This document shows, piece by piece, positions 54,886 through 64,000 of a stretch of 64,000 bases of DNA. How positions within the stretch are numbered: position 1 is the stretch's first letter; each line of letters starts with the position of its first letter. Made by a program: the position numbers and the translations under genes. Origin of the DNA: Eledone cirrhosa (Eukaryota); the NCBI GenBank assembly GCA_964016885.1, contig OZ024743.1, forward strand, positions 30,876,001-30,940,000. Reading direction: 5' to 3'. Below the pieces are notes generated by a model. It was not told the origin of the DNA and searched no databases. It saw nothing but the letters and a program-made list of their open reading frames with translations.

Positions 54886-55215
54886 GGCGCATGGCTTAGT
54901 GATCAGAGCGTCAGGCTTATAATCCCGAGGTTGTGAGTTCATTTCTCTGACCGGGCTTTGTGTTGTATTCTTGCCCAAGACACTTTTTTTTTTCTTGTTG
55001 CTCCAATTTACTCAGTTGTAGAAATGAGTTACGGTGTCACTGGTCGCAAGCTGCATAGGCCTTTCTCTTGGACAACATTAGTGTTCGCGGAGAGAGGAGA
55101 CTGGTATGCATGGGCGACTGCTTGCCTTCCACAAAAACCCTTGCTCGGACTTGTTCTTCGTAGGGGAACTTTCTAGGTGCAAAATACATGGTCATTCGCG
55201 ACCGAAGGGTTCTTT
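54886..55215 (+). mobile_element. SINE family B (tRNA head plus CORE-like domain)
   Basis: A box tggcttagtg, B-box-like gagttcat, and CORE-like ttgtattcttgcccaagacact...ctcagttgtagaaatgag. Confidence 0.7.
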
Positions 55216-56662
55216 AATTTTTCGTATATCTTTCTAAATAATACTTTACGAATTTTTCGTATTTTTGTGTACACGTTTACTTAAGAAAATAAACTTGTGC
55301 TGCCCCCCCCCCTCATGTGCGCACACAAATTACTCTCCTATGCAACGTCCACTCATAAATGAATTTTTCCCCGAGCCTACCCTCCCCCACTTATCTTACC
55401 TCCACTTTTCTTAAACACAGAACTACAGTAACTTCGCATTCTTCTGTTGTTGCCTTCAACTCCATCACCTCCCACGGAAATCTCGGCTTCAATTGCACTC
55501 CATCACCTACTGCGCATTCTGCATCAAACCCATAATTACCCTACCTTCAATGTTGCTCATGCACTTCATATGCCGTTCCACTCTTTCTTACAGCCGCATC
55601 ATCGACCACGACCTATATAAACCTTTCTTCATCTCTGTTCCACCTATCATACATACATTGCATATCCAACAGGTGAAATGCCTAATCTTTCATTTCTTAT
55701 TCTCCAGTAAAAATTTGCAAACTCCATTCTAACCTGAATTCTACCCATTCGGCTATCCCCACCTGTAACCCACTCACACCATCCACACCTCCTGCAGATC
55801 CTCATCATTTACATTCCCATCTGAACATCCCCATTTCGCGCCCAACCACTACACAAAAAGAAATCTCAGCTCCCACAACCTAAACCACGTCAAACGCTCC
55901 TTATCCGAACCCTAACCATTCCACAGAATCTTCAAACCCATAAAATGTTGTCATTCTACCGTTGTCATTCCCTCACTGTAAGTATGAATGTTTCATATCG
56001 AGCAGAGGTTTGCATTACATATCCTCACAATTTCTCCGACGAACTTTGGACGCGCACAAACTACAAAATATTTCAGGGCCATTTAAAGATTCAATCCCAA
56101 TTTCATGGCTATGCATCTTTTTCTCCCAGGAGAGAAATACATCCTGCGGACACCATGAGACATCGTCATCGAGGGGTACCATGGCTGTACGGCACGCTGA
56201 GGTTTACAAGGCGTTACGAAAGCTTTGCTCCCCCGGTTTAGATACCAATTGTTCCCTTCTGATCCTTCTCTTTACTACCATGAACATAATGCGCGAATGA
56301 ATTTCCCTATCCGCTGGAACAAAGGATGACGTTAGTCGTCTAGAACACAGCGTTATGAGGCTGTTTGCTTGTAAACGAATCGAATATTATTATAATATAA
56401 TATTGTTGTTATTCACTAACAGATGCATTTACGTATCCACTATGTTAAAGTGAAAACAAATTTGTTTTTATTTTTCTGCAAAGCCAGACATAAAGTCACA
56501 GAAAAAGGGAAATACGCAATTTTGATAAGGCCCAATAACCCCGAAAGAAATGTAGGTTGATTTTCTATCTAGTACGGCTGTAACAAAAGGATGAAGTCAC
56601 TCGTCTAGAATATTAGACGTTATGCGGATGTTTGCTTTGAAATGAATCAAATATTAATATTA

Positions 56663-57285
56663 AGGGCGGTGGATTAGCAGTATCGGTAGAGGGTCGGACG
56701 CCATGCTTTGACGCATAGAATTACGGCCCTTATCATTCTAAGTTCAATTCCCGCTCTTGTTAACTTTGCCTTTCATCCTTATGGGGTCGATAAAATAAAG
56801 TACCAGTAATACACTCGGTATTTGCTGGCCTTGTGCCAAAAGTAGAAACAATTATAGGGCGATTGATTGGCAGTATCGGTAGAGGGTCGGACGCAATGCT
56901 TTGCAGCAAAGAGTTACGGCTCTTTATGATCTGAGTTCAAATCCCGCCGAGGTTAACTTTGCCTTTCATCCTTACAGGGTCAATAAAATAAAATACCAGT
57001 AATACACTGGTTAATTGCTGGCCTTGTGCCAAAAGTAGAAACAATTATTATTAATCACTTGCAGGGCAGTGGATTGGCAGTCTCGGTAGAGAGTCGGACA
57101 CCATAATTTGCAGCATTGAGTTACGGCCCTTTACGGTCTCAGTTAAAATGCCGCCGGGGTTAACTTTGCCTTTTATCCTTCAGGGGTCGATAGAATAAAG
57201 CACCAGCAATGCACTGAGATCGATATATTGGACTTTCCCCTCTCCACAAATTTGCTGGTCTTGTGCCTATATAAGAAACCATTAT
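56663..57285 (+). mobile_element. Head-to-tail array of three SINE family A copies
   Basis: Units start with gggc.g/a at about 56663, 56857 and 57064. Confidence 0.9.
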
Positions 57286-57733
57286 TAATCACTCGCGAAT
57301 GCATTCACATATCTACTATGTTTTAGCGAAAACAAATTTTGTTTATATATATACACACATATGTAGATAAGTAAGCATTTGTGTATTTGTGCATGTATTT
57401 ATACATTTATAGCTAGTTTCTTTAGATTCAATTGATTGCAATACATAGAAGAGTTCATGTGCATACTTTCACATTCTTGATTTTGAGTAAGTATATATTA
57501 GATAAATATTTTATACACGGATTTTTTTTTCAATTTTAAAAATTTTAAATTCAATATTAAATCATCCTCTACCAACTAATTTCCCTATTTTTTTTAAATG
57601 TAATAGATTTGGGAACGATTATACCATTCAATTAATATAAATAACCTTTATTAAATAGCAAAAAATAAAAATTATTCTTGTTTTATGTCTTACAGTCTAG
57701 CGAACTAAAATCGTATATCTGAAGAATATATCA

Positions 57734-57815
<82 letters not shown>

Positions 57816-58061
57816 ATCTATATATATATATATATACACGTATGGATACGATGACTGGAGATTGATTTTCATATTTTATCCTGCGATGCACATCTCTGTA
57901 TATATATACATATATATATATGAAAAGTGTAATTTACTACACAAAACGAAGGTTATAGAGAAAATTGAGGTTGGTAATGGCACATGGAATATATAAGAGA
58001 CAGAATACTTTTTTGTGAAAAAACATAATTTTATAAAGTAAGGAAATAATAAAGGGTATAA

Positions 58062-58109
58062 AAAATGACCGGTTTCGATGGGTCTGCAAAAGCCATCTTT
58101 TCAAATGTT
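58062..58109 (-). ncRNA. Hammerhead motif (U3-A8 variant)
   Basis: Mirror of 63301-63348, sense to the ORF. Confidence 0.72.
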
Positions 58110-58471
58110 GATTAATATTAAGAAAAATTAATAATAAGAAGAGTTAAAATTTGAGATTTGAAAATTCAAGTATAAAATTCATTGTGGGATTTCATAGTAG
58201 TTTTCATCTTGGTAGCCGCAAGTTGACTGCTGTGTGCCTTTCTGGTAGTAAATGAGAAGTTATCTGGGGGTGTGGGTTATTTTATAAAGGTCAGATTTAG
58301 CAATGGCCAGATGGCCAGCTGCTGGTCGGTGAGGGGGTGGAAGCAATATACATACATATAGCTCCCTGTGGTCGGTAGGAGAGGGGAGATTGATAGAAAG
58401 GGATTTAGTGCACTTACACCTATATATACACACATACCTTCATCCACACATACATACATATACATATACAT

Positions 58472-58525
<54 letters not shown>

Positions 58526-58657
58526 ATACACACACATACATATACATACACACATACACACACACACATATATGCACATACACAAACATATATATATATA
58601 CACACACACACACATATATATATATACATACACATACATCCAGATACACACATACAT

Positions 58658-58689
<32 letters not shown>

Positions 58690-58858
58690 GTGTACATACA
58701 CATATATACACACATATACATACACATATATATACACACACCCACACATACATACACACACACACATATATACATATACATACACACATACAAACACACA
58801 CACACACACACATATATATACACATACATACACATATATATACACACACACAGACACA

Positions 58859-58890
<32 letters not shown>

Positions 58891-59391
58891 ATATATATAC
58901 ACATACGCATACATCCAGATACACACATACATACACACACACGCACACACAATACATACATCTACATGCACACACATACACACACACACACACACATATA
59001 CACATACATACACCCACACACAGAGAAATGGCCTCCAAATATATATATATACATACATACACATATATTTTTTCCATAATATAAGAAGTTAGGACAGTGA
59101 AATTAAAATATAAGTCATTCTGATCACATTGAGTTCTTCATGTAGATTGGGCCCCGCAACCGACAGTGGTGAATTCTGTGTGCGCATATATATATAGACA
59201 TATGTGTGTGCACGTGCAGGGTTTAACATGGATGTGTTGGTCACACAAAGGCATGGTCTGTCAACGAATAAACCTGATTCTACAGAATTGGTCTCTGGTC
59301 TTTAATAGTAGTGATAATTATATACATGCACACATACAAACACATATGTATGTCACTCCGTGCGTATGTGTGTTTATATTTTATGACAATT

Positions 59392-62300
59392 CTATTGGGG
59401 TGATAACCCGTTTAGTTTTGGTTTAAATTTGTTAAGGAATAGATTGTCTTTGTTTATTCTTTGTTGCTGTGTGAACGAATCTGAGCACTTGTAGAAGGGG
59501 AAGATTTTAAAGTTGGGTAGTGTCATTCCTGCGCAGTTCGCAATATGGCTGCTCAAGGGGATTTTTCTTGTGTTAGCGTCCCGGATTTGTTGGTGGTGGA
59601 TGGTCATTATTTTGCGTAATGAGGTGCCCGTCTGTCCTATGTTGTTGTGTTTGCACCCACCGCAAGTTATTGCGTAAATCAAGTTCTCCGAGTTGCAGAT
59701 GAAATTGTTTTTTACTGTAAATGTTTGGCCATCTTTAAATGTAAATTGTTGTCCTTCAGTGAGGTAGAGGCACGTTCCACAGTTTGTTCTACCACATTTG
59801 GTAACTGTAGGGTTGAGGATTGGTTTGGGTATATTTGGTCCAGTGAGAATGCGTTTTAGTGATTTGGGTTGTCTTTTACTTTTAAGGATCTTGTGTGTTT
59901 CAAGAATAGACTTCATTTTTACATCTTTAAGTAGGATGGGGAGGTTTTTGTGTAGGTGACCAAACATTTCGGTATTTCTGGGGTTGAAAGTGGATACATG
60001 TGGCAGGGTGTTGAGTGTGGTTTTCTGTTTTGGATTGTTAAGTTGATGGGGATTTAAGTGTTTTGCCCTGTCTATTCCATTGTTGATTATTTCAAGTGGA
60101 AAGGCTCTTAAGATAAGGGTGTCTTTTAGTTCCTTTAGTCTTTGCTCCCGTTTAGGTGGATCTGATACTATGGTACATATACGTGTGGCCAAATTGTAAG
60201 GAATGTTAAGTTTTGTATGTTTTGGGTGACTTGATGTGAAAAAGAGGTATTGCTTGGAATCTGTGGGTTTATAGAATATATCTGTATCTAATTTCCCGTC
60301 TATTACAGAGATGAGAATATCCAAGAAGGCTAATTCCTTGGGAGTGGATTCCATTGTGAATTGTATGTTATTATCTATGTTGTTTATCATGTTTTTAAAC
60401 ATAGTAAGTGAGTTCATGTCTTCTTGCCATAGGATAAAGCAGTCGTCTAGATATCTTTTCCAATTGGCTTTGAGGTGTGTGTGGAAAGAGTCTCCAAATA
60501 AGAGAAGGGACTGACTGTATATTTGTTGTTCATGGAATCCCATGACTAGGTTGGCATATGTGGGTGCTACTTTCGTGCCCATTGCCTTACCTGATACTTG
60601 TCTGTATGTTGAACCATTGAATGTGAAGTAGTTATTTTGTAGGATAAAGCGGAGTCCGTCAGTGATAAAATCTTTGTTGATGCGTGTCGGTATTTCTGAT
60701 GGGTGTGTGTTAAGCCAGTATTGGACTGCTGTTATTCCATAGTTGTGGGGTATGTTTGTGTAGAGGTTTATTACGTCAAAGGAGACAATAATTGTATTTG
60801 CACTTACTGTTTTAGGGAGGTGTTTCAGCATGTCAAGGTCATCTCGTATGTAGCTCTGTATATGTTGTAGAAAGGGTTTCAGTAGGATGTCCAGAAAGTT
60901 GCTAAGTCTGTGGGTTTCACATGTAGGGCTGCTATAATTGGCCTGAGTTTTAGGTCTTCTGGTGGTGTTAGTTCAATGTAATTGTTGGTTGAGGTGTCAC
61001 ATGCATCGTTTATGGGTTTACATTTGTGGAGTTTCGGTAAGCCGTAAAAAGAGCTTGTATTGCATTTGAAGTGGCTTATATAGTTAAACTCTTTTGTGGT
61101 TAAGCTGTTGCGGTATTTATTCAGTAAGCTCAAAAGGTTCCCCATTGTTTTGGTGTGTTTGTAGTTTTCTGTTTTTTCATAGTATGTGTTGTTTTCTAAA
61201 AAAATGTTAAGTGCGAGGGTCCTATAGTAGTCCGTATTCATAATGACAACAGTACTGCCTTTATCGGCTTCTTTGATAGTTATCTCAGGGTTGTTTCTAA
61301 GTGTGAATAATTCTTCCCATTCGTGTGTAGATAGGTTTGATTTCGTGTGTTTATTTGTAATTTTTTCATAGGGAAAGTTGGTGATGTGTTCGCAGTACGT
61401 GTCCAGTGCTTTATTTCTTCCCTTTTGTGGGCAGAAATTGCTTTTATTTCTAACCAGTGATTCGTCTTCAGTGTTGGTGTCGTTGTGGCAGAATTCCGTT
61501 AGTTGCAGCTTTCGGCAGTATTCCATGATGTCATCCTTCATTTCGGGGAAGTTTGGTTTACGTGGTGTAGGTGTAAATTTCAGGCCCTTACTTAAAATGT
61601 TGATTTGTGTGTTGGTTAGAGGTGTCTTTGAGAGGTTGATTATTTTTGGTTTCTCCTGAGAGGGGGGGGGGGGGGGGCATCGAGTATCCTGGTATTTCAG
61701 GCTTTTCCCTAAAAAAGGAATGTAGCTTTGTGTGTGATTATATTTTGTTGGTCTGTTGCGTGTGGGTCTGTAGTTTGTTGTTTCATGAGGGTGAATGTGA
61801 TGGTGGGGGTGGTATGTGTTGTGGTTGTTGATGAGCAAGGGTTCTGTTGTTGGTTCATGTGGTCTGGGTGCGTTATTTCTGTGGTACAGAGTGTTGAGGT
61901 TGGGGGGTTGTCTTTTGTTGGATTGAGAGTGATGTCTTGTGTGGTTGTGGGTAAGTTCTGTTGTGATTTCAAGTGGTCTGGGTGGATTTCTTCTGAGGAA
62001 TGTGGTGTGTGTTTTGTGAGTTGAATCTATGTTATTTCGTCGTTGGTTTATGTAGGGGGCATTTCTACGGAAACCTGTGTTGTGGTGGTTGGGTGTGTTT
62101 CTTTTGGTGTAGTTGGCCGTATTTGGTTTGTGTTGGTGGGGGATGTGCCTGTGGTTAGTGTGTGTTGGGCTTGGTGGTGTAAATGTGTCTGTTTTAGTTC
62201 TTGTTATGTTCAAATGCTTTATAAAGGGGTTACCTGTTTGGTGCGTCCTTTTAAAGTCTTCTTCATATTTGAGGAACCAGTTTTCGGATTTTTCCCACCG

Positions 62301-62882
62301 TTTAAGGGAAATAATTTCTGCATTCTCGCAGTCCTGTTTCCACGATTTGATTAAATTTTGTAGGGTTGTTCCCTCGGCCTTTTTAGTGCATTCTTCCTCC
62401 ATATTTCTATCAGTATGCTCCATATTTTTATCAGTGGCCCTTAATTTTAGGAGTTCTATTTCCATGTTTATCCTGTTGAGTGACATTTGTTCACGGAGTT
62501 TTCTTTCTGGTTCAGGTTCGTTTGTAATATGCTTTATTTGGAATTTACGTGGTAAAACTATCGGTGTTGAGTTAATCCATTTTTGGTAAATTCCAGCTTT
62601 GTTGAGGTTTTTTATCATATTCCAGAAAGTGAATTTTCTGGTTATTAGATGTTTTTTCCAGAGGTGTCCCATTTGGTTTTTGATATGGAGCAATGTCGTC
62701 TGTTCTGTGTTGGTATTCATAAGTTTTTCGATGGAGTTGCATACGTTTTGAACGTTTAAATAAATTTGGTTGTCAGTCGGTGTGGTGGTTTGGGGTATAT
62801 CCTGTTTTTTTGTCAGAATGGTGAGTTTTCCATTTATCTCTTTTAGGATTTTCAGGATTTCCTCATTTATATTGGAGTTTGT
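59392..62882 (-). pseudogene. Neptune-like PLE polyprotein (N-terminal extension, RT, Cys-rich linker, GIY-YIG) with a single frameshift near 60925
   Basis: IINLS...LSKGLKFTPTP, EADKGS.VVIM, FYGLPKLHK, LRPIIA, SFDVINLYTNI, GKAMGTKVAP.YANL, WKRYLDD, FLD, YKPTD, KCGRTNCGTC linker, NLIYAITCGGC...IGQT. The first 46 aa of the tracked 713-aa ORF come from the inverted UTR and microsatellite. Confidence 0.92.
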
Positions 62883-62883
62883 G

Positions 62884-62930
<47 letters not shown>

Positions 62931-63300
62931 GTGTGTGTATGTATATGTATATGTATGTATGTGTGGATGAAGGTATGTGTGTATATATAGGTGTAAGTGC
63001 ACTAAATCCCTTTCTATCAATCTCCCCTCTCCTACCGACCACAGGGAGCTATATGTATGTATATTGCTTCCACCCCTTCACTGACCAGCAGCTGGCCATC
63101 TGGCCATTGCTAAATCTGACCTTTATAAAATAACCCACACCCCCAAATAACTTCTCATTCACTACCAGAAAGGCACACAGCAGTCAACTTGCGGCTACCA
63201 AGATGAAAACTACTATGAAATCCCACAATGAATGTTATACTTGAATTTTCAAATCTCAAATTTTAACTCTTCTTATTATTAATTTTTCTGAATATTAATC

Positions 63301-63348
63301 AACATTTGAAAAGATGGCTTTTGCAGACCCATCGAAACCGGTCATTTT
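63301..63348 (+). ncRNA. Hammerhead motif (U3-A8 variant)
   Basis: aacat TTGAAAA gatgg cttttgcagac ccatc GAAAC cg GTC atttt. Stem II gatgg/ccatc, stem III palindrome ACCGGT. Confidence 0.72.
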
Positions 63349-63831
63349 TTATACTCTTTATTATTTCCTTACCTTATAAAATTATATGTTTTTTCACAAA
63401 AAAGTATTCTGTCTCTTATATATTCCATGTGCCATTACCAACCTCAATGTTCTCTCTTTCTCTCTCTCTCTCTATATATATATACGTGAGTGAATAAGAA
63501 TATTTATAATAAAATTATTTATATCCGGTTCGTTAACACGCACGTAACATGTGTGTGTTTTCTAGATGACTGACGTCTTCCTCTTGCTTCAGCGGTAGTA
63601 GAGAGGAATTAGTCGAAATTTGTTCTGGAATTATTGCCCCTTATCAAGACTGTATCCTCTCGTCACTGCTAGCCCCTGAAACAGCAGAGATTACATAGTA
63701 TTTTCAAAGGTACACATCGGGTGATTAGCATACTTTGCTATAGTGAGCGAAAAGAAACTTAGTTTTCATTTTTGAATATATATATATATATGTTTGTGCG
63801 CGTGTGTGTGTGTGTGTGTGTGTGAATGTGT

Positions 63832-63884
<53 letters not shown>

Positions 63885-64000
63885 TGTGTATGTGTGTGTG
63901 TGTGTGTGTGTACCAATAATATAATACAAAGGCTAGATATCATAACATCTATAATTACGCAAGCAATAGTCATGAAAAATATTTCTTTGGTGAATTTGGT

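Larger units (their letters stand above)
57921..63450 (-). mobile_element. Neptune-like PLE with inverted terminal arms (57957 to about 58515 is the inverse of about 62885-63450) and tail 57921-57956
   Basis: About 560-bp inverted repeats each carry an HHR. There is an internal (CA/TA) microsatellite in the 3' UTR, and TA/TC microsatellite flanks. Confidence 0.93.

Noticed and set aside
55330-55940. C-rich strand-biased segment resembling an old LINE 3' region
   Set aside because: Composition is suggestive but no diagnostic motif could be read.
56663-57285. tRNA genes or a CRISPR-like array
   Set aside because: The units have A/B boxes but no cloverleaf and continue into SINE core and tail. 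There is no repeat-spacer structure and the DNA is eukaryotic.
58277-59092. Long overlapping ORFs (173-266 aa) rich in Y/I/H/T/C/V, and similar ones at 1.7-2.1, 38.0-38.4, 47.4-47.8 and 51.8-52.2 kb
   Set aside because: These are translations of CA/TA microsatellites, which lack stop codons, so they are not genes.
63560-63630. HHR-like fold (stem I ttcta/tggaa, long stem II, GAAA)
   Set aside because: The CUGANGA box is incomplete, so it is probably a decayed ribozyme and was not called.

Overview
AT-rich, microsatellite-dense animal genomic DNA. The SINE families and repeat texture suggest an octopus or other cephalopod, which is inference only. No host protein-coding gene can be supported, and most short ORFs in the track are translations of (TA)n/(CA)n repeats. 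Roughly half of the window comes from Penelope-like retroelements (PLEs) of at least three lineages: Naiad-like (five copies), Neptune-like (one near-intact copy) and a third GIY-YIG family (possibly Hydra-like). Nearly all sit inside (TA)n tracts and most are fold-back (inverted-arm) insertions. Reading both strands by eye gives about 20 type I hammerhead ribozyme (HHR) motifs in the PLE terminal repeats. These include U3-A8 and C4 core variants, very long stem II insertions and self-complementary stem III. Several 0.4-1.3 kb non-coding palindromic elements are built only from two HHR-bearing arms plus a one-sided tail, snap-back hairpins sit at several inversion junctions, and one Naiad-like copy appears to have been re-copied from its antisense strand. 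The rest is tRNA-derived SINEs (two families), fragments of CRE, Tx1/L1, CR1 and RTE LINEs, and a bipartite non-autonomous RTE. All calls are by eye, element boundaries are approximate, and no ribozyme activity is demonstrated.
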